Origin: a virus
Taxonomy: Duplodnaviria > Heunggongvirae > Uroviricota > Caudoviricetes
DNA length: 64,000 bases
Strand: one strand, 5' to 3'
IMG/VR virus record: IMGVR_UViG_3300036985_002287
Location: 30,613-94,612 of that record
How positions within the stretch are numbered: the stretch's first letter is position 1; the number at the start of each line of letters is the position of its first letter. The notes under the pieces were generated by a model. The model did not search any database. It had not been told where the DNA came from and saw only the letters and a program-made list of their open reading frames with translations. Below, one piece after another: positions 49,986-59,321 of the stretch. The position numbers and the translations under genes are program-made.

Positions 49986-50231
49986 TTAATCTCCTGAATG
50001 TTTTAATAGATACACTATCATATCTGATTCTTGTAATAGTATTGCTTGTTTTGGATATATAAGATAAGATTTTTTTCCATACGATGATATAGATATAACC
50101 CGTATTAGTTTAGGAGTTACTTTAATTACTGCACCCAATACTAGATTATTGTTTCTACAAAAGGCAACGTGATTTCCTACTGAAATCGCATTGTCTAATA
50201 AATCAGTATGGACTATGCTTTTTGCCGCCAT
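49986..50231 (-). CDS. hypothetical protein
   Basis: 81 aa ORF. Confidence 0.45.
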   Translation of the reverse strand: MAAKSIVHTDLLDNAISVGNHVAFCRNNNLVLGAVIKVTPKLIRVISISSYGKKSYLIYPKQAILLQESDMIVYLLKHSGD

Positions 50232-50499
50232 ACATTGTCTGCAACTCTTTTATTATTTCGTTATCTATTTCTTTGGTTATCTCTGCTGACATAACAGCCA
50301 AGATCTCATCTTCTAAACGCTCGTCGAGTGTTTTATAAGGTTGGCTTAGACGGCGAACAATCTCGTCTGCCCGCTCGTCTTCAGTCATATCTTTGACGTT
50401 CTTAAAATACTCCCGAGGACGGATATCCTGGATGTAATTAATCGATATACTTTCGGATATACCGACAGGCTTTATCTTATCTGTCATAGTCGATAACAC
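50203..50499 (-). CDS. hypothetical protein
   Basis: 98 aa ORF. Confidence 0.45.
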   Translation of the reverse strand: MLSTMTDKIKPVGISESISINYIQDIRPREYFKNVKDMTEDERADEIVRRLSQPYKTLDERLEDEILAVMSAEITKEIDNEIIKELQTMYGGKKHSPY

Positions 50500-50773
50500 G
50501 AATCAACTTATCACCCATCCAATGAGAACAATTTTCATTATCATCTTTTGCTAAGTCTTTGAGCATATTGTCGAATTCTTTCTTAGTGATTTCTCTTCCA
50601 TCAATGATAGTTTCGCCCAAGTGGCGCTGTGTTACTTCTGCGAACATATCAGCTTCACTGCCGGAACTAACCATTGTTACTTCGTCATAAGCATGTTCGA
50701 GCTCATCTGCTTCAATAACATAACGGCATCTAAATGTAGAAATTGTATCTACGATGTATAGTTTCTTTTTCAT
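50477..50773 (-). CDS. hypothetical protein
   Basis: 98 aa ORF. Confidence 0.45.
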   Translation of the reverse strand: MKKKLYIVDTISTFRCRYVIEADELEHAYDEVTMVSSGSEADMFAEVTQRHLGETIIDGREITKKEFDNMLKDLAKDDNENCSHWMGDKLIRVIDYDR

Positions 50774-51000
50774 ATTATTCTCTTATTACTTTTATGCCGT
50801 ATTTTGGCATGTTTTTTTCTTATAGGTCTTATATAAAAATCTGGATCATGCGAATCCGCGAATATTGAGTGGGCACATATAAGCCCGTTCAACATTCCGT
50901 GCATATATTGTACACTAGGGTCGCCGGCAATTACACAATCCGTTTGTATACCGATCATGTTCTCTAGAGTACTAAGATCCTTTTGTAATCTCTCATTCAT
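50770..51000 (-). CDS. hypothetical protein (MNE start)
   Basis: 76 aa; ATGAATGA junction with the DpdA-like gene. Confidence 0.45.
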   Translation of the reverse strand: MNERLQKDLSTLENMIGIQTDCVIAGDPSVQYMHGMLNGLICAHSIFADSHDPDFYIRPIRKKHAKIRHKSNKRII

Positions 51001-52561
51001 CTTCTTCAGCTAAATGTACATCGTCCATATCAGCCATATCTTGCACTGTTGGTAATTCATCAACTGGTTCTGTAGTAGGTTGTCCCCACATATCGACATT
51101 TTCTATAGTAGTAACAGTTTTCTTATCACCAAAACTAATACTTTCCAAGAAGTCCTTATAAGTTTCTAACATTTTATATGGGTCCTTATTATTTGGATCA
51201 AATAATTCCTCAACAAACTTATTAAAATAAATTATATCATTCGGAACAAAATCGCTCTTATTAGAAACCTTACCTTTCTTCCCTCTATACTGATACCAAT
51301 CTCTAAAATCTACACTTGGCAGCGTAGCATGAGCTATGTCTGCCAACCGATTGATTTCTTGAACTGCATGTATATGATTATACACATTGTGGGCCATAAC
51401 AAGAGCATAGCTAGTTGTATCCCAGCTTGTTTTACCTATCTTTTTATTCTTATTTGTATCAGTTGGACCCATAACACAAATGTCACCACTTGTTAATCTG
51501 TCATTAATGGGACTTTGATAAGGCATGGCATATCTTGTATTTTTCAATCCCTTATCATCCAAGCCCTTACCCATAGAATAAGTCAGTCTATCTGACGAGA
51601 AGTGAGTGTAGTCGTAAGATAAAGCATATCCACCTGCTGCAACAAACGGTGATGCAGCATCAAAGCTAATGCTAATGTTAGGATTGTGATACTTCTTAAT
51701 TTGTCTTTCGATGGATGTTAAGTAACAAGCCCAATCGAGTCTGCCAATACCCAAGAAGTGAATCCAGTCTTTACCTTCCAGTAAACCATCATCACGTAAG
51801 TTCAGTAATCGTTCGAGTGTTACTCTCATACGGCGCATATTACAACCTGCAAATGCCCAGCCTTCTAATGTCCTATCACGCGAATAACCCAATGCTTCTA
51901 CTATATCTGGTTGGCTAAACACTTTTACAGATTCGTACCACACTTTGGAATTTTCATTATCGCTACCCGATAATACATTAAGAAATTTTGTAGCACCGGG
52001 AATACGATTCTTCATGAAGTAATGAAGATTACATTCAGTAACATCCAGACATTCTTGAAAACTTGTTAAACCAGTCTTTGCACTAAATGGAGGTTTAGCG
52101 GCAAATGCAGGTACATCTAATGTCATAGACCAATCCGAAGTGTGTTCTAAGTATCGTAGAATTTCTTCTCTTAGCTTATCGCCCTCGGGACCTTTAACAG
52201 TTTTCCAATCTAACTTAATAACACCGGTCGCTACCTGAAACCCGCCCGAATCGCCAACAATAATTGTTTTCTCGCGATTACGCTTATGGATCATCGGCTC
52301 TTTAATATCACATCTATCCAGACGTCTTTCGGCGTGCCCTGCTGAAAATAATCCGTAGCCATAATGATAGTAAGAATTATCAGGTTCTAAAAAGTCCAAA
52401 CCTTGTATACCATGTTCGAATTTTTCCGGCACACGTTCTTTAGGAATAAATGTCGGATCAGAAAGATCCTTTCCTAAGTGAGTAGTATAGAACCCGCTGA
52501 TTGCAGGTAGATACTTAGCCCACTTACCGTCGTCGTGACGCTTTGTTAGATTAATACCCAT
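50993..52561 (-). CDS. tRNA-guanine-transglycosylase-fold protein, DpdA-like DNA transglycosylase candidate
   Basis: IIVGDSGGFQV (TGT catalytic DSGGFQ), WAFAGCNM and IHFLGIGRLD resembling TGT YAIGGL / LMGVG segments; acidic tail. Confidence 0.6.
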   Translation of the reverse strand: MGINLTKRHDDGKWAKYLPAISGFYTTHLGKDLSDPTFIPKERVPEKFEHGIQGLDFLEPDNSYYHYGYGLFSAGHAERRLDRCDIKEPMIHKRNREKTIIVGDSGGFQVATGVIKLDWKTVKGPEGDKLREEILRYLEHTSDWSMTLDVPAFAAKPPFSAKTGLTSFQECLDVTECNLHYFMKNRIPGATKFLNVLSGSDNENSKVWYESVKVFSQPDIVEALGYSRDRTLEGWAFAGCNMRRMRVTLERLLNLRDDGLLEGKDWIHFLGIGRLDWACYLTSIERQIKKYHNPNISISFDAASPFVAAGGYALSYDYTHFSSDRLTYSMGKGLDDKGLKNTRYAMPYQSPINDRLTSGDICVMGPTDTNKNKKIGKTSWDTTSYALVMAHNVYNHIHAVQEINRLADIAHATLPSVDFRDWYQYRGKKGKVSNKSDFVPNDIIYFNKFVEELFDPNNKDPYKMLETYKDFLESISFGDKKTVTTIENVDMWGQPTTEPVDELPTVQDMADMDDVHLAEEDE

Positions 52562-52569
52562 CTTAGATC

Positions 52570-53313
52570 TTACGCCTTGCCAGCTGGCAGAAGATAGGTA
52601 TACTTTCCTATACCACTGTCAATATCAATCTTCAATACGCCCATGTCGGAGAAGCTCATAGTAGCTGTAGCTGTCTCTGTCAATTTCAAGATACTGAGAA
52701 CTTGTGACAAAGGCCACGACCACTGATGCTTCAATGTACCTGTTACATTTTCTGCAAAAGAAATATCCATCTTATCTGCAGGACCCGATCCCACAGCAAA
52801 TACCAATGTACCTTTAGTATTCACACTAACAGTAAATCTCTTTTCTAAAGAACCTAATGCGCCTTGCATATAAGACAGTTCGGTAATTCTCTTCTTCTCT
52901 GGTGTAATAACTACATTCCATGTTGCACCCTTAAATGGTGGAACTTTAATTTGTTCATTAACCATTGACTCGCCCATAAAGCGATAATTTGCAGAAGATT
53001 CGCCGCTGTCAAACTTAACTCCAGTTGGAACAGTAACACCCGCACGAGATTCTGTAACTACTTCCGTAGTTGCCTTTGATCCAGAATATGGTGGAAAGTC
53101 AATAAAGCTCTTTAACACTGGAATGCGAGATAATCCCACAACAGAATCAATACCTGCGATAGGCTGATACATAGTTCCAAAAATAACAACAGTCTTATCT
53201 GCATCTAGTGCTTCAATCTTTGCATCTGTTGCTGTACCTACAATTTTTACCATATCAATAAAGCCTAACGAATTTGTGTGCTTAATGATATCCTTAAATG
53301 AATCTAATAACAT
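52570..53313 (-). CDS. possible sliding clamp (gp45-like)
   Basis: 247 aa, immediately downstream of DNA polymerase; size and loose resemblance only. Confidence 0.35.
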   Translation of the reverse strand: MLLDSFKDIIKHTNSLGFIDMVKIVGTATDAKIEALDADKTVVIFGTMYQPIAGIDSVVGLSRIPVLKSFIDFPPYSGSKATTEVVTESRAGVTVPTGVKFDSGESSANYRFMGESMVNEQIKVPPFKGATWNVVITPEKKRITELSYMQGALGSLEKRFTVSVNTKGTLVFAVGSGPADKMDISFAENVTGTLKHQWSWPLSQVLSILKLTETATATMSFSDMGVLKIDIDSGIGKYTYLLPAGKA

Positions 53314-53333
53314 GTGAGATCTCCCTTTTGTTT

Positions 53334-53362
53334 AGTGTATAATATTTCGTGACTGTTGTCAA
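53334..53362 (-). promoter_or_regulatory. promoter TTGACA-N17-TACACT
   Basis: tgtcaa 53357-53362; agtgta 53334-53339; AGGGAG SD. Confidence 0.45.
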
Positions 53363-53367
53363 ACGTT

Positions 53368-56316
53368 TCAGCAGTTGCTGAAGTCAAACAACGTTTCCAG
53401 GTGTGCATGTTCTTTGTTGGTTCTGCTAAGATCCCATTTAAGCACACCTAATAAATTTTCGACCTTCTTATCGACAATGCCTGCCATCATATCGTCACTG
53501 TCGAATGGCAAACTTAAGAACCATTCCGGTAAATGTGTTTCGTCTACAGGATATGCAATACTAGACAATCTATTTTCGGTTGTTTCTTTTAACTTACAAA
53601 CAATAATCTTTTGGCCGTCGACGATACGCATTGCATGTTGGTCTTGATTAATTTCCTTTAACTTGTTCCATGCAAGACTAGCAGATACATGACCCGGTAC
53701 ATGCAAGTTTCCGGATTCTATACCCTTCAACTTTTTAACACCGGCATCTTCTATCTTTTCTCTATAATGCGTTAATCTATTAACTGCGCGAGGAGTGCCT
53801 TGCTGCCATGGTTTCATGCTTTCGAATGTTTCCTTGAATAGCTTAATCTTTTCTATGACAGCATTCTCGCCCTTACCAGTCAATGTATCCATCAATATTT
53901 CTGATAAGAATTTTTGAACAAACTTAGGTGTATCAGCTCTCTTCAGATCCAGTCCCATTGCCTTTACCTTACCTACTTTGCCACTAGCATCAAGTCGAAT
54001 TCCGTCCTTATCATACATAAGACAAGCATAACGTTTCTTAACAATCCATAATCCTGTTTCGGACACTGTTTCACGAGAACTAGCAATTACACCAGTGGAT
54101 CGCTTAATGGGCACATTTAGTCGTCCTAATAAGAACTCCGGGAATGTTGCAGATACTGCTTTGGCTAAGGAATTGTACAAATCTACAATGCTTTCCTTTG
54201 TCCACTCTATCTCACCCCTGTCAATCTCTTCTTTAAGAATAGGATATGCGGAGAAATAACACGAGTCAGTATCGCCATATACGATGCACTTACCATAATG
54301 ATCATATTCATTTGTTATCATCTCATTAGTCTTAGCAGCCATATGTTTAGTAATTGTTCTGCCAGTTAATGTAGTAGATTGTCCGAGGCGTTGATCAAAG
54401 AATCTGCTTCCAGCATTTAACAAAGCGCCGTATGCGGAGTTCAGGTTAATTTTCTTAACTAACTGCCTCTTGTCCCAGAAACCAATGATAGATTTCAGTG
54501 ACTTCTGGTCACGATGAATTGCTTTACCATCTTTTACCATTAAGTTATGTTGGTTCATATATTGAACAACACGCTTCTTATGACCTTCGGAAATAATTTC
54601 TTTCAGTTTCTTTGGTCTATATGCTTCGGAATCCAGGAAAGGATCTGCCTTTGATTCTACATCACTTATGTCATCGTTCGTAAACAAATCTGCAGAAACC
54701 TTTACGCCGTCGATCTTAGCATTATCTTCTATATCCTGATAATTTACCATGAGACCCTGAAGTATCTTACGCTCGTTATACCAACGAGTTAATAGACTAG
54801 GAATAACACCGTCTGTATCAGTTTTGAATATTGTGCCATTTGCGCTAATGCACCAAGGCTGTCCACTCTCAAATATTAAGTCATGAAGTTCTTTACCTGT
54901 CACTTCAAATTCGGAACCATCTTCCATATCTAATATCATAGATGTGCCGATATCTTGATTATAGAAATCTTCCATCTCTAACACATTAAATCTGTCGTTC
55001 CACCAAGATGCAAATGTATATTTTGCGCCTTTCTTTTCCCAGTCAGCAATTGCCTGATTAGTACGATCCAATCTAATCTGCCCGATAATCATTTCAGGGC
55101 TCATATTAAGAGTTCTAATAACAGATGGATACAGAGACTTCATGTCGGTAGAAGCGATCCATCTATGCAAACCCTTCTTAGGTGTTGCTACCCACCCGCC
55201 TGCTGCTCTAGTTTCTCTATCTTCGCCATGCTTCTTATCCGGGCACACCATATTACGGTTGTGCGCTTCTATAAGAATGTTTTGATCAGTAACTGCCACA
55301 ACACCCATAATTGTCTGAATTAACACACAACTCGAATGTGCAATAGAATTAGCCAAATCAATAAACTGTAATTTTCTATCAAGCTGATCCAGCAGTCGTG
55401 TATCTTGTATGTTATACTCTAAAAACTTCTTAAAATCGTCATTGTATAATTCATCTAGAGTACCTTCATATTGTACTTTAGTTTCGCCTAGTTCAATTTC
55501 TGCAATTGCATTAAGCGCATAACTATGCCGTTCTTCATAGTTGAACTTCTTATAAATTTGCATATAGTCGATAGATATTCTGCCGATCAGATCGTATGTA
55601 AATGCTTCTTTTCCGCCTCTGTCGTATTTTCTTTCTTTAGGCATTTGTTCCCAGAGACATAGCTTTCGGGCCGCTTGTTTTCCTAATACTTTCTTTATAC
55701 GATTAACTACATACGGAATATCATATACTTCCGAATTCCATCCAGATAATACATCGGCATCTTCTACAATGTCCATGAAGGCATTTAACATCTCGCCTTC
55801 ATCTTTGAATAATACAGTATTACCTACCTGATTAGCAATTTCATTTGCTTCTTCCCAGGTATGTGTATCTGGTGGAATAGCCAAACAAATAATTTCATCC
55901 TGCCACTGTAAGTGTACTGATATAGCTGTTATGTAATTATCTGCATCGGCTGGATCAGACCAACCACGTTCTTTATCGAAACTAGTTTCTATATCGAAAA
56001 ATGCTACATTTAATTTAGGTGCTTCGCCACTGTGATAATTATGTTCGAGACATCGAAAGACAGGATCTACGTCAGATTCCCAACTCTTGACATTACTGGA
56101 TAATGTTTTAACAAGTTTTTGTTTTTCGCCAAATGAGCGCGGCGTTACTTTTTTGACTGCGTCGCCAAAAATACTTTTGTGTGAACCACGCGGATCAGTG
56201 ACAAAGAAATGGAAATCAGGTTGGTACTCTTTATAAACACGAGCCCCGTTTATTCTTTCTACTATCCTGATTGTTTCTTCTTCGCCCGATCTCTTGAAGG
56301 AGGCATCAATATACAC
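53368..56316 (-). CDS. family-B DNA polymerase with 3'-5' exonuclease domain
   Basis: FDIETS (ExoI), DMKSLYPS (motif A), KINLNSAYG (motif B), YGDTDS (motif C). Confidence 0.95.
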   Translation of the reverse strand: MYIDASFKRSGEEETIRIVERINGARVYKEYQPDFHFFVTDPRGSHKSIFGDAVKKVTPRSFGEKQKLVKTLSSNVKSWESDVDPVFRCLEHNYHSGEAPKLNVAFFDIETSFDKERGWSDPADADNYITAISVHLQWQDEIICLAIPPDTHTWEEANEIANQVGNTVLFKDEGEMLNAFMDIVEDADVLSGWNSEVYDIPYVVNRIKKVLGKQAARKLCLWEQMPKERKYDRGGKEAFTYDLIGRISIDYMQIYKKFNYEERHSYALNAIAEIELGETKVQYEGTLDELYNDDFKKFLEYNIQDTRLLDQLDRKLQFIDLANSIAHSSCVLIQTIMGVVAVTDQNILIEAHNRNMVCPDKKHGEDRETRAAGGWVATPKKGLHRWIASTDMKSLYPSVIRTLNMSPEMIIGQIRLDRTNQAIADWEKKGAKYTFASWWNDRFNVLEMEDFYNQDIGTSMILDMEDGSEFEVTGKELHDLIFESGQPWCISANGTIFKTDTDGVIPSLLTRWYNERKILQGLMVNYQDIEDNAKIDGVKVSADLFTNDDISDVESKADPFLDSEAYRPKKLKEIISEGHKKRVVQYMNQHNLMVKDGKAIHRDQKSLKSIIGFWDKRQLVKKINLNSAYGALLNAGSRFFDQRLGQSTTLTGRTITKHMAAKTNEMITNEYDHYGKCIVYGDTDSCYFSAYPILKEEIDRGEIEWTKESIVDLYNSLAKAVSATFPEFLLGRLNVPIKRSTGVIASSRETVSETGLWIVKKRYACLMYDKDGIRLDASGKVGKVKAMGLDLKRADTPKFVQKFLSEILMDTLTGKGENAVIEKIKLFKETFESMKPWQQGTPRAVNRLTHYREKIEDAGVKKLKGIESGNLHVPGHVSASLAWNKLKEINQDQHAMRIVDGQKIIVCKLKETTENRLSSIAYPVDETHLPEWFLSLPFDSDDMMAGIVDKKVENLLGVLKWDLSRTNKEHAHLETLFDFSNC

Positions 56317-56568
56317 TTAACCTAAGCCTCCGGCTTTATACAGTTCTTCTAGCTCGTCGAATGCTTCGCGCTGATCATTCATAGTGCCTTTTTGTACAGC
56401 CTTTATCAACTTGTTTAGTTGTGCAGGTTTTACTTCTAACTCTTCTGCTATTGCTTTAACAGTGTCGCTTAAACCTTCCTTCAAGTCCTCACATTCTTGT
56501 AATACTTGAACTCCGTCTGCAACCAATTGTTTCAATCGTGCAATATTTTCTGGTGATAGTTTCGCCAT
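56317..56568 (-). CDS. hypothetical protein
   Basis: 83 aa ORF abutting the polymerase start. Confidence 0.5.
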   Translation of the reverse strand: MAKLSPENIARLKQLVADGVQVLQECEDLKEGLSDTVKAIAEELEVKPAQLNKLIKAVQKGTMNDQREAFDELEELYKAGGLG

Positions 56569-56645
56569 GTTACTCCTTGAATCTTAGTGTTTTACTTAGC
56601 ATTTAAGCTAGTGTAACACCGATCTTTACGAAAGTATAGAGTTTC

Positions 56646-57054
56646 TTAGTTGCAGGCGCATCGGGCAACTTCCTTGCCACGATAATCAGCAATTGCTGCC
56701 TTCACTGCATCCTCTGCAAGAATTGAGCAATGTATCTTAACCGGAGGTAGTGCCAATTCTTCTGCAATTTGCGAATTCTTAATAGTTGCTGCTTCGTCTA
56801 GTGTCTTACCTTTTACCCATTCGGTAACTAAAGAACTCGACGCAATAGCTGACCCGCAACCATATGTCTTAAATTTTGCATCTTCGATGATGCCTGTAGC
56901 GGGATTTACTTTTATTTGGAGTTTCATTACATCTCCGTTAACCGCACGCTGGGGCGCCGACAATGCCGGTTCCAACGTGCGTATTCTCCTTATCTAAATT
57001 CCCGACATTACGGGGGTTTTCATAGTGGTCAATCACTTGTTTACTATAGGACAT
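56646..57054 (-). pseudogene. iscU: IscU Fe-S scaffold gene interrupted by a 7-nt insertion (in-frame TAA after Cys of GAPACG)
   Basis: ATG 57054: MSYSKQVIDHYENPRNVG...GAPACG-stop; removing TAACGGA restores ...ACGDVMKLQIKV...TYGCGSAIASSSLVTEWVKGK...PPVKIHCSILAEDA. Confidence 0.7.
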
Positions 57055-57628
57055 TTTTAGTTCTCCTTCTCTCATGAGCAAGTTTCATGGATATAGATCT
57101 CTTGAGACGTGTTTCTTCGGAGACCTCCTTACCTCTGTTTCCTGCTTGAATCTTTAATTTAGTTTCCGCGGAATGTTGTTTACCTAACATGGGGCCGGGT
57201 TTACCATATCCGTGATGTTTTTCTCCAGAAAACTGTTTTAATTTTGTTTTTTGTTCTTCAGACATAATCCTGCCAAAACAAACATTCTTCTCCCCGAGCA
57301 TAGATTCGCTTTTCTTACGTTTTTCTTCTTCTGTCCAGGCTCTTCCACCCTTAGAATGGCCTATCTTACCCACATTACCTTCGCCGCCATCGGATTTATT
57401 CTGTAATATGCCTGTATTAATATCTTTTCTTCCCCACCACGCAATCATCCTGCGTTCTATCGCCCAGGCACCTATCTCGGATAATTTAGATTCAAGAATC
57501 ACAATTTTCGACTTATCGTTAGGTCTGTTTATGTTTGTGTGCTTTTCCCAGGCTCTCCTGTTTTTACCTTTCCCTATGTAGTAAGGTTTACCGGAGTTAC
57601 CTATATATGCATATACATAGAACATCAT
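57044..57628 (-). mobile_element. GIY-YIG homing-endonuclease gene (Seg-like, NUMOD3-type repeats)
   Basis: YVYAYIGNSGKPYYIGKG (GIY-YIG); repeated G..HSxETKxK motifs; free-standing between sigma-like gene and iscU, overlapping both. Confidence 0.75.
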
Positions 57629-58761
57629 ACACGTCCAAATGCGTTGCCGGTAAGTGCTTCATTTGAGCCTTTATATTGGTGTGGATCGTATCCATGTATA
57701 GGAGAAAAGAGTCCTTTGCGTTCGTTTTCGTCTGCCCTCGGTTGGCCAAAACGATGCATCTGATCCGGCATTACTCTATCTAACCAAGAGACCACGAATG
57801 GACGGATATCTCGATTAGGCTCGGTGTCCTCTAGTGTTCTTATTTGATCATTCAACTCGTCATCATCTATAATTTCTATTAGGTAGATAGATGCTACTGC
57901 TGCTGGAATAGGATTTTCCATTATTCGCTTAACTACTTCGAAATCATCGTCTGTCAACGGTAACTTGTTCACTGATTCATTGACTCTACCTACTGGTCTG
58001 AAATCGTATTTGTCTGGATTTTTATCTTCTCTGCCTAAGAATACGGCGGTGTTACTGGCCTTCCCTGGCGTTTTATATATGTGGCCGGGAACCCTTTTGT
58101 TCGTAGATTTATCGTATATTTCGTAATATTTAACATCTCCGGCAGTAGCATTGTTAGTAATATTAGGTGTAGGAATCTTAGATAACTCCTTAGCCCGGTC
58201 GATATAAGCTGCCTTCATGATTCCCCGTAATCCACTTGCTTCGAGTTGTCTGATTCTTTCTCTGGTGACACCCATTTGTTCCGCAATTTCCTGGTATGTC
58301 ATTTCACCAAATACTCTCATCTTAATTACTTCGGCAATTCTGTCGGGTAGCATTGACATATACTTTTTAATAACCTGATCTCGGGTCATTGGGCTAAGTT
58401 CTTCTTCATATCCGTCGTCAGGTACTGAACTTAGTGGTTCAGCATTATCTGCCGGGTCAGGTCTTAAAGTGGGCATCTGCTCTCCACGATAGGTAGCGCC
58501 ATCCGGATTATATAGACTCATCTGTTGTTTAGGATTTGCTTCAGTTATAGCAATTTCTTTTATTGCTGCTTTGAATTCATCATAGTCTGTCTTCAAATGT
58601 GCTTTTAAGAATTCTTTTCCAGACTTAGATGTTTTAGGATCACATATCTTATCTACATATCCGGTCATGCGCTTTTGCAAGGCATCGATCTTTTTGATTT
58701 TTTGAGGCGATAGACTCTTGTCGGAAGTGCCTTTAGGTAATAGGATTTCTAAAATTCTCAT
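57625..58761 (-). CDS. sigma-70 region-4-like HTH protein (atypical sigma factor or transcription regulator)
   Basis: RIAEVIKMRVFGEMTYQEIAEQMGVTRERIRQLEASGLRGI = region 4.2 signature in mid-protein; no region 2 recognised. Confidence 0.5.
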   Translation of the reverse strand: MRILEILLPKGTSDKSLSPQKIKKIDALQKRMTGYVDKICDPKTSKSGKEFLKAHLKTDYDEFKAAIKEIAITEANPKQQMSLYNPDGATYRGEQMPTLRPDPADNAEPLSSVPDDGYEEELSPMTRDQVIKKYMSMLPDRIAEVIKMRVFGEMTYQEIAEQMGVTRERIRQLEASGLRGIMKAAYIDRAKELSKIPTPNITNNATAGDVKYYEIYDKSTNKRVPGHIYKTPGKASNTAVFLGREDKNPDKYDFRPVGRVNESVNKLPLTDDDFEVVKRIMENPIPAAVASIYLIEIIDDDELNDQIRTLEDTEPNRDIRPFVVSWLDRVMPDQMHRFGQPRADENERKGLFSPIHGYDPHQYKGSNEALTGNAFGRV

Positions 58762-58790
58762 ATTGTATTTATCTTATTTATTGCGTAGTC

Positions 58791-58817
58791 AAAAGAAAAG
58801 GGGCACGAGCCCCTTTT
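58791..58817 (-). terminator. intrinsic terminator
   Basis: GGGGC-TCGT-GCCCC followed by TTTTCTTTT on minus strand. Confidence 0.7.
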
Positions 58818-58832
58818 CAGACATTATCAATA

Positions 58833-59198
58833 TTAGATATTGAATTCTGTAGCAATAGACTTAGGAACTAAGTCGATACTATATTCCTTAGCTTTTCCAA
58901 TGATTGTAGGAAGAGCGAAAATAGCACCTGGCACGGCCACAAGTGCTGCGAATGAAGTTGCCTTCATTAATTCTTTAGCATTTGTATTGGCAGCAGCAAG
59001 TTCTTTTGGAGTTGCATCACCCAACATAGCTTTCTGATAGACACGTGTCATCTCTTGAGCATTGGTAACTTCTGTAGTAATAACAGATTGTACTTTTTCA
59101 AATACAACTTTTGCTGCCTGAGGTGTCTTAGGGATAGATTCAAACATGTCTGTCATAGACTTGATGAAGGCTTGTGGGGTTTTGATAGATGTGAACAT
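58833..59198 (-). CDS. hypothetical protein
   Basis: 121 aa ORF with own terminator. Confidence 0.55.
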   Translation of the reverse strand: MFTSIKTPQAFIKSMTDMFESIPKTPQAAKVVFEKVQSVITTEVTNAQEMTRVYQKAMLGDATPKELAAANTNAKELMKATSFAALVAVPGAIFALPTIIGKAKEYSIDLVPKSIATEFNI

Positions 59199-59321
59199 TT
59201 TTAATTTCCTTATAAAGTGCCATAATTGGCCACTATTGCAATTTACTGCCTCACCATGAGCACAGTTCTTGTAGTGTAACAGTATTTATGTGCGGTCGCA
59301 ACAATTCTGTATAATATCGGT

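Noticed and set aside
56940-56960. Programmed +1 frameshift at GGT-TAA-C in iscU (RF2-like)
   Set aside because: There is no SD-like stimulator upstream and no slippery codon of the CUU-UGA type. A shift would also leave two extra residues next to the Cys ligand. Pseudogene, error or scar seems more likely, though this is not excluded.
58762-58790. TTGACT-N19-TACAAT as promoter of the sigma-like gene
   Set aside because: The spacer is too long, and the -10 abuts the ATG so the TSS would fall inside the coding sequence.
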